Origin: an uncultured Gemmatimonadaceae bacterium
GTDB taxonomy: Bacteria; Gemmatimonadota; Gemmatimonadetes; Gemmatimonadales; Gemmatimonadaceae
DNA: 64,000 nucleotides
Assembly: GCA_963781585.1 (NCBI GenBank)
Contig: CAWAGQ010000013.1
Span: 96,001 to 160,000 of the forward strand
Reading direction: 5' to 3'
The notes beneath the pieces are model-generated. The model had not been told where the DNA came from, made no database searches, and worked only from the letters and a program-made list of their open reading frames with translations. Position numbers and translations under genes: made by a program. Each line of letters opens with the position of its first letter. Position 1 is the first letter of the stretch. Shown in pieces: positions 29,525-37,425 of the stretch.

Positions 29525-30472
29525 TCAACAGTCGCGTTCCGCGTTTGGTGTCTGCGCGTCGGAGTCGGGCGCGCGGATGGGCTCGGGCTCGAACCACGCC
29601 GCCCTCGTTTCATTCTGGCAGACCACTATCTCGTCGTCGGCGTGGACGAGCGTGCGTTGATTGAGGATGTCGACAACCATTGGCGTCGTCTTCTGAAAGC
29701 CGCTAAGACCGGCGCGGTTGTAGACGAGGGTCTGACGCGGAGAGATTGGAAGCGTGACCTCCACGGTCGGATACATCAGACCTGGCGCCCGATGCAGGAA
29801 TGGACGCTTGTACGCCTCGGGGTCGAACACGACGCAGGGCGCGTCCGATGCGATGAATCCAAGGCGATCATCCGTGGAGAGAATCGCGAGATCCATTCCC
29901 ACGAGTAGCGACGCCATTGTCTCGATCGCCACAGCCATGCTGTTTTGAAGCGGCTCGCTCGCAAGTCGTCGTACGTCCGCATGACTCATGGTCTTAGCGC
30001 GATCCGATGGCGGCATCATCAGGCGAGCTATCTGCTCGCGCTCCTCGGGCGATCGCCTCATCATGTCGTCGTGAACTCGATCCAACGTTTCGAGAAGGCG
30101 TCCCCACTCCTTCCTCTGATGGTCGCGCTGTCGACGCGACCGCGAGTGCATCGCCGCAACGAAGACCGCCAGCATGAACTGGTCGAGCGGCTCAAGCTCG
30201 ACGCGCGCCTCAAACTTCTCGCGTCGCAGCGTCGAGAAGCGATCCTCCAATTCGCTGAGCCCACGTTCAAGCCGCAGGTCCCGAGCGCCTGACCGGCCGT
30301 GAATCGTGTACATGTCGGTCTCCGCGAAGATATTGTGCGGCGCCTTCCGACGGCCGGCACCGCCATTCCACGGGAACACCCACACGTACGGCTCCTGGCC
30401 TTCGGGCGTCGTGGGGTCGCACCATGCCGAGAGGTACGAACGGGGGACCCAGTGTTGTTTCTTGTGCTTCAT
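29525..30472 (-). CDS. DUF4238 family protein
   Basis: QHWVPRSYLSAW N-terminal signature, LERGLSELE, FIASDAP, LPISPRQ. Confidence 0.85.
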   Translation of the reverse strand: MKHKKQHWVPRSYLSAWCDPTTPEGQEPYVWVFPWNGGAGRRKAPHNIFAETDMYTIHGRSGARDLRLERGLSELEDRFSTLRREKFEARVELEPLDQFMLAVFVAAMHSRSRRQRDHQRKEWGRLLETLDRVHDDMMRRSPEEREQIARLMMPPSDRAKTMSHADVRRLASEPLQNSMAVAIETMASLLVGMDLAILSTDDRLGFIASDAPCVVFDPEAYKRPFLHRAPGLMYPTVEVTLPISPRQTLVYNRAGLSGFQKTTPMVVDILNQRTLVHADDEIVVCQNETRAAWFEPEPIRAPDSDAQTPNAERDC

Positions 30473-30734
30473 GGAGCGAACCGAAATGGCCACTCGCGAC
30501 GTGCGACCGACGCGTCGCCTACCGTCGACTGATCGAGCGGCCGATAAGCCTTCTGACTGGCCCGATAAGCTACGGGACTAACCTGCCAGAGAACGCGGCG
30601 CTGATTACCTGTGAGATTGCGGCGTTCACCGCCTCGCGAGTTCCGCTCTTGAGTGCGGCACGTATGCGCTGTCCAAGCGGAGTCTGATCCTTCAGCGCAT
30701 CCGGCACGGAATTGAGAACGGTTAACCCCTTTAG

Positions 30735-32084
30735 CAGGGTGCTGAAAAAGGGTGGAAAACTTGCTGTTGCAGAACGGGAGAGCGATGCCTAACGTGGCGC
30801 GACCCCAATGGAGAGTCCCCGGTATGCGCGGCGAGAGCCCCCAGCAGACGATTCTGTTCAGCTATCGCTCGGTCGAGGACCGGATCCCGGTCGACCACCC
30901 CTTGCGCGTGATCCGCCAGCTCGTGGAACCCGTGCTGCGCGAGCTGTCCCCCCAATTTGACGTGCTGTACGCCAAGATCGGGCGGCCGTCGATTCCGCCG
31001 GAGCACTTGCTGCGGGCGCTCCTCCTCCAGGTGCTGTACACGCTCCGGAGCGAACGGCGCCTCATGGAGGAACTCGACTACAATCTCCTCTATCGCTGGT
31101 TCGTGGGACTGAATCCCGACGAGCCCGTGTGGGTGCCGACCGTGTTCACGAAGAACCGGGAGCGGCTCCTGGAGGGGGACATCGCGCACGCGTTCTTCGC
31201 GGCGGTCCAGCGGCAGGCCGAGGTGCGGCAGTTGCTCTCGCACGAGCACTTCACGGTGGATGGCACGCTCCTCGAAGCTTGGGCGAGCCAGAAGAGCTTT
31301 CGCCCGATCACCGAGGGGGGCGACGGACCCCAGGGGCCCACCCCACCGGCGGAGGCGGATGCCGCGAGTCGGCCGAAGAATCCGACGGTGAATTTCCGGG
31401 GGGAGAAGCGGTCGAATGCGACGCATCGGTCGAGGACGGATCCCGACGCGCGGCTGGCCCGGAAGAGCCGAAACACCGCCGCGATTCTCGGCTACCTGGC
31501 GAGTGTGATCATCGATAATCGCCACGGCTTGGTGGTGGCGACCGATGTGCGCGCGCCGGGCGGGCATGCGGAGGAGGAGGCCGGGCTCGAGATGCTGACC
31601 ACGCTGGAAAGCCACCGGCCGCACCGGACCCTCGGGGCCGACAAGGGCTACGATACCGAATCGTTCGTCACCGGGGCGCGGGACGCGGGGGTGACGCCCC
31701 ATGTCAGTCAGAACATTCACCCCCGCCGGCTTCGCAGCGCCATTGACGCGCGGACGACCCGCCACTCGGGCTACGAGATCAGTCAGCGCAAACGGAAACT
31801 GGTGGAGCAAGGCTTTGGCTGGGACAAAACCGTGGGCTTGCTGCGCAAACTCCGGCATCGCGGTCGCGAGAAGGTCGGCTGGATCTTCACGTTCACCAAT
31901 GCCACCTACAATCTGGTGCGGATCCGCACCCTGATCCGGGCCGGCGTATGCCCCTAACGTCGACCAGCGCGCGGAATCGCCGCCGCGATCGCGCAAAGGG
32001 ACGCTCCCTGGAACTGCCGACGGCCGCATCGCACGCGCAGCCACAACAGAAATCGTCACTTCCCTGCCGTTTTTCATCATCCTG
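30735..32084 (+). mobile_element. IS5-family insertion sequence, 1350 bp
   Basis: Terminal inverted repeats CAGGGTGCTGAAAAA and CAGGATGATGAAAAA; TTAG target duplication at 30731-34 and 32085-88. Confidence 0.93.
30824..31957 (+). CDS. IS5-family DDE transposase
   Basis: DHPLR, GRPSIPPE, VDGTL, LGADKGYD, RKLVEQGFGW. Confidence 0.93.
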   Translation: MRGESPQQTILFSYRSVEDRIPVDHPLRVIRQLVEPVLRELSPQFDVLYAKIGRPSIPPEHLLRALLLQVLYTLRSERRLMEELDYNLLYRWFVGLNPDEPVWVPTVFTKNRERLLEGDIAHAFFAAVQRQAEVRQLLSHEHFTVDGTLLEAWASQKSFRPITEGGDGPQGPTPPAEADAASRPKNPTVNFRGEKRSNATHRSRTDPDARLARKSRNTAAILGYLASVIIDNRHGLVVATDVRAPGGHAEEEAGLEMLTTLESHRPHRTLGADKGYDTESFVTGARDAGVTPHVSQNIHPRRLRSAIDARTTRHSGYEISQRKRKLVEQGFGWDKTVGLLRKLRHRGREKVGWIFTFTNATYNLVRIRTLIRAGVCP

Positions 32085-32355
32085 TTAGGCTGAGCGTAAC
32101 GCGGTACATGAGGTGGCCGTCATCGACCACATGCCCTCGAATGATTCCCTCTGCAAGAAGGAAATCCAGCGTCGAAGAAACCAACTCTGGCGTCAAGTCT
32201 GTCGTATCGTGGGCGAGCGCGGTTACATCGAGAAACATTTCGCGTGGAGCTTGCTCATAAAGCGTCGCGAGGACCAACGCGACAGCGTGGTTAAACGGGT
32301 CAGAGTATGTCATGGACTCGTCAGGCAAATTTGGTCGTCGGAGGTGCAGTTCCAC

Positions 32356-32565
32356 TCACAGCCTGGGAGACGCACCGTAAATCGTAAGAATCTTGATCGT
32401 CTGGTTCTGAAGCGGCTTCTCGCGGCGCCTAACCCTCGGTTGAGAAAGGAAATGACGAACCGACAAGAGGACCTCTTCGCGGCTCAGCGTTCGATATGCC
32501 ATTACCTGATACGTCATATTATTCGCGTCGTCGCGCAGGGTGTTGCAAATGTTAGGCATTTCCAC
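32356..32565 (-). CDS. small hypothetical protein
   Basis: 69 aa, co-oriented with its neighbours. Confidence 0.6.
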   Translation of the reverse strand: MEMPNICNTLRDDANNMTYQVMAYRTLSREEVLLSVRHFLSQPRVRRREKPLQNQTIKILTIYGASPRL

Positions 32566-32583
32566 TTTTGGCTCCCGGCGAGC

Positions 32584-32790
32584 CTATTTCTTCCGGTTGT
32601 ACGGCTTTTGATTCGTCGGGCTGAGGGAGATGTCCTCCGCGCTGGCTCGCGTATACACCGCGGCCGCCGTACGACCGAGCTTCAACGCGATCACTCGGGT
32701 CGGCGTGTTGCCGCCGGCCAGCTCACGCAGCTGCTGATCGTCGCGGGCCGTCCAATCCTTGCCGGTGTTCCTGATGTATTTCGGCGTCAT
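32584..32790 (-). CDS. small Myb/homeodomain-like HTH protein
   Basis: GKDWT..DD..LREL...IALKLGRT..AV; GGAG RBS. Confidence 0.7.
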   Translation of the reverse strand: MTPKYIRNTGKDWTARDDQQLRELAGGNTPTRVIALKLGRTAAAVYTRASAEDISLSPTNQKPYNRKK

Positions 32791-32886
32791 CTTCGGGTCT
32801 CCTGCGGTATTGAACCAGAAATCGTACGAATAGCCGGGTCCGGCACAACCACGGATCGCACATTGCTCATGAACATCATCATCTTG

Positions 32887-32915
32887 ACATTAATGAGGAA
32901 TATGGTCTTTATCAA
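32887..32915 (-). promoter_or_regulatory. putative sigma70 promoter for the leftward cargo genes
   Basis: Minus strand TTGATA-N17-TAATGT in an AT-rich tract about 100 bp upstream of 32790. Confidence 0.4.
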
Positions 32916-33165
32916 TGCATGATCGACTGCGGAGCCTTGGGTACGACGCAGCCGAATCATAGGGACTCCCAACTCGCATACCCAATCAACGGAGGAACCA
33001 CCCATGACTCGCAATCCACTTCAATCACGCCGAAGGAACACGCGGTGACCTTGCAGAAAGGTCCACAGTAAAATGGCTCCTTACGCAAGTGCGGGGAGCA
33101 ACTGGGGCATTTCACTGAGCGGGCGACCTGCAAAAAACCCAGCAAGGTCTGGGGGAGGGATTGTA

Positions 33166-33402
33166 ATGGCGAAGCTGAACGAACTGAGTGTGTCCGATCT
33201 CCGCAGCCAGCTTCCGAGTGTTCTGCACCGAGCGCTCGCGTTCGGTGAGTCGTTTCTGATTCTGAAACATGGTCAACCTTTTGCCGTTCTTTCACCACTG
33301 ACTGACAAGGAGGAGATCGAGCGCGTCCGAGCGAAGCTCAGCAGTGAGGGTGCCGACCGCGAACCGGTAGATGACGTGCTGGACGCGGAGTCGATCACGT
33401 GA
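33166..33402 (+). CDS. Phd/YefM-family antitoxin
   Basis: LSVSDLRSQLPSVL...GESFLILKHGQPFAVLSP pattern, acidic tail, GGAGG RBS. Confidence 0.8.
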   Translation: MAKLNELSVSDLRSQLPSVLHRALAFGESFLILKHGQPFAVLSPLTDKEEIERVRAKLSSEGADREPVDDVLDAESIT

Positions 33403-33446
33403 TTTCACGCCGGCGACGAGTGGTTCGCCGGAGGGGGTAAGCAGGA

Positions 33447-33689
33447 ATGGCAGTCGCGTTCTATTTCTTACCTTCGGCTGCGGAGCGGATGATGCGGTTG
33501 CCGCCCGACCTCTTGGTTCAAGCGGAGCAGATGCTCCAGGAGATCCAAGGACATGTCGGGGGTCACATCGGCGTCGAAGGCATGGTCGCGTACCGTCGAC
33601 CGACGCCACACGGCCAGATCCGAATCGTCCTCGCAGTCGTCCGGAACGAGATCATTGTCGCCGACGTAAACGTGGAGGTGTCGGGCTGA
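33447..33689 (+). CDS. divergent RelE/ParE-like protein
   Basis: 80 aa after the antitoxin; F.PSA..M..LP...YR...G..RIV...IIV layout. Confidence 0.5.
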   Translation: MAVAFYFLPSAAERMMRLPPDLLVQAEQMLQEIQGHVGGHIGVEGMVAYRRPTPHGQIRIVLAVVRNEIIVADVNVEVSG

Positions 33690-34019
33690 AGCGTTTTTCG
33701 AAACGCAACGGCGTGCAGTCCGGAATCGTTGAAAGCCAACTGATGCGAAAAAACATGACAAAGAGGGGTCAGCCAGCGTTTCGCGGGCCGACCCCTCGTT
33801 TTTCTAACCTCAGGCCGCCGACTTCTTGCCCGAGCTTTACACGGCTGCGGGCAACGCCCGTGGCAGGTCCAGCGAGCATCGTGAGATTGCGCGGTCGCCA
33901 CCATGCAAGCGGCTGGCCCCACGCCCACCGGGTTATCGCGCCGTGCTCGAAAACGGCGCACAAAGCCCGCCGTCACTCTTAAATGCTTTGGTTACGCAGA
34001 CAGCGCCGGCACGAGACTC

Positions 34020-34484
34020 CTACGTGAGGGCGCGCGGCTCGCCGCTGTTGCCCTTGAGCTCAGCGTTGCGCATCTGGTAGCAGAGAATAATCGTGGCGGC
34101 GATGCCAAGAGCGCACGCGCCGACGAGGACCCATGCTGGGTCGCTGTGGCGGCCGGAAATCAGAACTGCGGTGACTAGGACGGCATTTACAATCGCATGT
34201 GCAACTGTAAGAACGAGCGCAACTGCGAAGTGCTGTCTTGGCGCGACCGTCGCGCCAACGTATACGAATGCCAGAGGCCCGACGATGCTGTTGATGAGCT
34301 GAGAATATGCCTTTTCAAAGAATTCAGGCAAACCGGTAAGCGAGTTACCAATGGCGACGAGAATCTGAATAGCTATGTATGCGGCCGCCGCAGCGGGGAG
34401 CACGAGGGCCCAGCGTGCCCAAGCGGGGATGGAGGAGAGGGTCACGTCTCGAGTTCTTCTTACCCTGATGGCAGCGTCACGCAT
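34020..34484 (-). CDS. hypothetical membrane protein (about 4 TM)
   Basis: Four hydrophobic segments. Confidence 0.65.
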   Translation of the reverse strand: MRDAAIRVRRTRDVTLSSIPAWARWALVLPAAAAAYIAIQILVAIGNSLTGLPEFFEKAYSQLINSIVGPLAFVYVGATVAPRQHFAVALVLTVAHAIVNAVLVTAVLISGRHSDPAWVLVGACALGIAATIILCYQMRNAELKGNSGEPRALT

Positions 34485-34485
34485 G

Positions 34486-34953
34486 CTAGACGCTTCCCAC
34501 GGTTGGAACGGCGAACCTTCCGTGAAGCTTGAACGTTGCTTCGACCGCGCGAGCTGCCACAACGAGCACCGCGATGGCCAGACCAACGTTAGTCCCAGGC
34601 GCCGACGTGATACCGACGTTGTTGAGAAGAGTAACCGCGCCGCTGCCAATGGCGGCCAACAGGAGGATCACGGCGGCGATCCGCGAATGCCACTTGCGGA
34701 GGATCGCACCCAGAACGAGGTACGCGAGAGCATCAAGTAACAAGTCGGTTGACGTCGCCCGCGGAATGAAGAGCCCTAACGCTGCTTCGATTGCTGCAAG
34801 GAAGAAGAATGCCGAAGACGAGTCTTTGACCACTTTGAGCGCGTCGTCCCTGTTCGCAATCGCTGAGAACAAGCCGTTTCTCTTCGGTGCAACCGCCATA
34901 GGCAAGCTCCGGAAGGCGTTTAGCTGCCTAACTGGGTTTGGAACCCTTTCCAT
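34486..34953 (-). CDS. hypothetical membrane protein (about 4 TM)
   Basis: GAGGA RBS; four hydrophobic segments. Confidence 0.7.
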   Translation of the reverse strand: MERVPNPVRQLNAFRSLPMAVAPKRNGLFSAIANRDDALKVVKDSSSAFFFLAAIEAALGLFIPRATSTDLLLDALAYLVLGAILRKWHSRIAAVILLLAAIGSGAVTLLNNVGITSAPGTNVGLAIAVLVVAARAVEATFKLHGRFAVPTVGSV

Positions 34954-34980
34954 GTGTCCGTCCTCGCCTCGTTGACGACG

Positions 34981-35421
34981 TCATGTCGGGGGGAGGAAGA
35001 CGAAGAGCAAGACGGCGCAGATCGGCAGCACGAAGAAACCAACCCTCCCCATGATGTCGAACACACCCGTGTTATCGAGGCCTCCGAACCGAACAAGAGG
35101 GACCAAGACAGCCCACTGCATTGCCAACGACAGCGGGAATGCTATGGCCAGCAGTTTGACGGCTTCCAGCCATCCATTTCGATAGGCGAAATAGAGAAGG
35201 AAAGCCCAGCCAAAGACTCGCGCGATGAGAAGGACCGACCCAAACACCAGCTGCGGGCGGGTCGACGCGGGACCGCCACTCATGTACCCCTGGTGGAGCT
35301 TCAACATGTAGTACTCGTTCATGCGGAAGAGCGCATAGACGAGAATGAGTGAAACTGGCACGCCGAGGACCATGGCCGTGCGAATGTGCCGACTTTGTCC
35401 GATGCCGGTAAGGGACGACAA
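34981..35421 (-). CDS. hypothetical membrane protein (about 4 TM)
   Basis: Hydrophobic segments; GAGG upstream of a TTG start. Confidence 0.6.
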   Translation of the reverse strand: MSSLTGIGQSRHIRTAMVLGVPVSLILVYALFRMNEYYMLKLHQGYMSGGPASTRPQLVFGSVLLIARVFGWAFLLYFAYRNGWLEAVKLLAIAFPLSLAMQWAVLVPLVRFGGLDNTGVFDIMGRVGFFVLPICAVLLFVFLPPT

Positions 35422-35590
35422 GCCTCTTACTCCGGACCTTCACGGTAGAAATCCCAAAGGGGCACCCATTCGGCCGGTGTCCCGAGGATGTCCTAATCGG
35501 TCACCGACGGGGCCCTCCACGACTCAACCGCCAGTCGCTAAGTCCTTCTCTGCCAACGCCTGTCACTGGGTGGCACGCCTAACGTCACGC

Positions 35591-35629
35591 TCCTAAGTCC
35601 CGCGCGTCTACCAGTTCCGCCACTTCCGC
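35591..35629 (-). pseudogene. 5' half of the split host tRNA-Leu(TAG); right attachment junction
   Basis: Minus strand GCGGAAGTGGCGGAACTGGTAGACGCGCGGGACTTAGGA followed by non-tRNA sequence. CGGGA pairs with TCCCG of the fragment at 19530-77. Confidence 0.93.
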
Positions 35630-35680
35630 GTCCTGGAGAAGAAGGCACAGCGTTGACCAAGGTGTGCTCACCGCCCCTGG

Positions 35681-35710
35681 AAGATAGCCCTGCCGGAATT
35701 ACCCTGACAA
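35681..35710 (-). promoter_or_regulatory. putative host tRNA promoter
   Basis: Minus strand TTGTCA-N18-TATCTT, about 50 bp upstream of the tRNA 5' half. Confidence 0.5.
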
Positions 35711-35927
35711 CGTGGATGCCCACTCCGATGCCGGGGCGTCACCGCCGAGCCCCACGCGGCGCGATGCAGGCCGACGCCGTTCAAGCGGCCGAATGGTTGG
35801 GCCTCTTCCGGGGACTGGCGACGCCTGCCGATCCCGTCCACATTGGCAGCGCGACGCGGCCCGACCGCGGCCCGGCTTGTGCGCGGAAGCGGTCGCACAC
35901 CCTCCCACCCTAACGACCTTTCTCTTC

Positions 35928-37271
35928 GTGTCTGCGCCGCAAACCAATTCCCACGACTATCCCTGCATCATCGTTCCTCTACCGGGGCCGCGCGCGCGGG
36001 ACATCGTGGAGCGCGATCGAACCTGGACGTCGCGCGCCTACATCAAGGAGTATCCACTCGTCGTCGCGCGGGGCCGCGGCGTCATGGTTGAAGACGTCGA
36101 CGGGAACCGGTTTCTGGACTTCATGAGCGGCATCGCCGTCTCGAGTACGGGTTATGGCCATCCTCGCGTGGTGGCGGCGGTACAGGAGGCGGCAGCCCGA
36201 TTCCTGCACATTTGTGGCTCGGATTTCTACTTCGAAGGGATGGCTGCCCTGTGCGAACGTCTGGCTCGACTGGGGCCCGGGCCGTCGAAAAAGCGCGTCT
36301 TCCTCACCAACTCCGGCACCGAGGCCATCGAGGGGGCCATCAAGATGGTGCGTCATGCGACTCGCCGCACCGCGATCGTCGCGTTCAAGGGCTCATTCCA
36401 CGGGCGCACCACCGGAGCGCTCGCCCTCACGTCGAGCAAGGCGCGGCAGCACGCCGGCTTCGGACCCCTGCTCCCTGATGTGCACCACGTGGCGTACCCC
36501 TACCGCTACCGCTGCGAGTGGTGCGCGCGGGAAGACCGATGCACGCGGGACTGCGTCTCGAACATCGAGACCGATCTGTTCGCGCGCCACCTCGATCCGG
36601 GCGACGTCGCGGCGATCTTCGTCGAGCCGATACAGGGGGAGGGCGGATATATCGTGCCCCCCGATGGATTCCTGCGTGACCTGCGCGCGCTGTGCGACCG
36701 GCACGGCATCCTGCTGGTGTTCGACGAGATCCAGAGCGGGATCGGACGGACGGGGAAGATGTTCGCCTGCGAATACGAGGGCGTTGAGCCCGACATTCTG
36801 GTGACCGCGAAGGGGCTCGCATCGGGCATGCCCCTCGGCGCCATCATCGCCAGGGAGGCGATCGAAACCTGGGAAGGGGGCGCGCACGGCTCGACGTTCG
36901 GGGGCAATCCGGTGTCGTGCGCGGCGGCCCTCGCCACCCTGGAACTGGTGGAGAGCGAGCTGGCCGCCAACGCCGCGCGGCGCGGTGAGCAGCTCCTTGA
37001 CGGCGCGCGCCGCCTGGCGGAGCGGTGTGAGGGCATCGGTGAGGTGCGGGGACGCGGTCTGATGGTCGGCCTGGAATTCGTACGCGACCGCGACTCGCGT
37101 GAACCCGATGCGGAGGCCTCGCACGCTCTGGTTCACGACGCTTTTCACCGGGGCGTGCTGGTACTGGGCGCCGGGAAGAGCGTGGTACGATTGGCGCCGC
37201 CTCTGGTAATCGATCAACACGACATCGGCGTCGGCCTTCGCGTGCTCGAGGAGTGTCTGGCATCCGGGTGA
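35928..37271 (+). CDS. class III PLP aminotransferase (4-aminobutyrate/acetylornithine type)
   Basis: NSGTEA, SFHGRT, FVEPIQGEGG, DEIQSGIGRTG, TAKGLASG, HGSTFGGNP. Confidence 0.92.
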   Translation: MSAPQTNSHDYPCIIVPLPGPRARDIVERDRTWTSRAYIKEYPLVVARGRGVMVEDVDGNRFLDFMSGIAVSSTGYGHPRVVAAVQEAAARFLHICGSDFYFEGMAALCERLARLGPGPSKKRVFLTNSGTEAIEGAIKMVRHATRRTAIVAFKGSFHGRTTGALALTSSKARQHAGFGPLLPDVHHVAYPYRYRCEWCAREDRCTRDCVSNIETDLFARHLDPGDVAAIFVEPIQGEGGYIVPPDGFLRDLRALCDRHGILLVFDEIQSGIGRTGKMFACEYEGVEPDILVTAKGLASGMPLGAIIAREAIETWEGGAHGSTFGGNPVSCAAALATLELVESELAANAARRGEQLLDGARRLAERCEGIGEVRGRGLMVGLEFVRDRDSREPDAEASHALVHDAFHRGVLVLGAGKSVVRLAPPLVIDQHDIGVGLRVLEECLASG

Positions 37272-37317
37272 GTTGGCACCGGGCTGGCGCGGTGTGCCGG
37301 AGTCGCGAGGGGAAGAA

Positions 37318-37353
37318 GACGGGGGTCGCGAGCCTGGGCTCACGACCCCCGTC
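37318..37353. terminator. hairpin between convergent genes
   Basis: GACGGGGGTCG...CGACCCCCGTC stem. Confidence 0.6.
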
Positions 37354-37425
37354 GAGCCTCCACGAGGAGGCGTCGGATCAGCCGCGACGGAAGCCTGTGA
37401 CAGGCTCCCGCGCGGCACATCGTCC

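Larger units (their letters stand above)
30570..32313 (-). pseudogene. 129-aa hypothetical gene interrupted by IS5
   Basis: Removing the IS and one TTAG joins ...YRVTLSL to KGLTVLNSVPDALK...GRLVP* in frame (390 nt). Confidence 0.88.
19572..35596. mobile_element. integrated phage-satellite-like element (~16.0 kb; ~14.7 kb without the IS5)
   Basis: Bounded by a TCCTAA direct repeat (19572-77, 35591-96) at the two host tRNA halves. Contains integrase, PrimPol-helicase, HTH, terminase and lower-GC cargo. Confidence 0.92.

Noticed and set aside
30731..30734. IS target TTAG matching part of the element core TTAGGA
   Set aside because: IS5-family elements commonly prefer YTAR targets; likely coincidence.
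19597..35629. Alternative model in which the host 5' half originally joined the 3' half of the 19597-19681 tRNA (9-bp GCTCCTAAG match)
   Set aside because: The acceptor and anticodon stems would not pair; each tRNA is only self-consistent as assigned.
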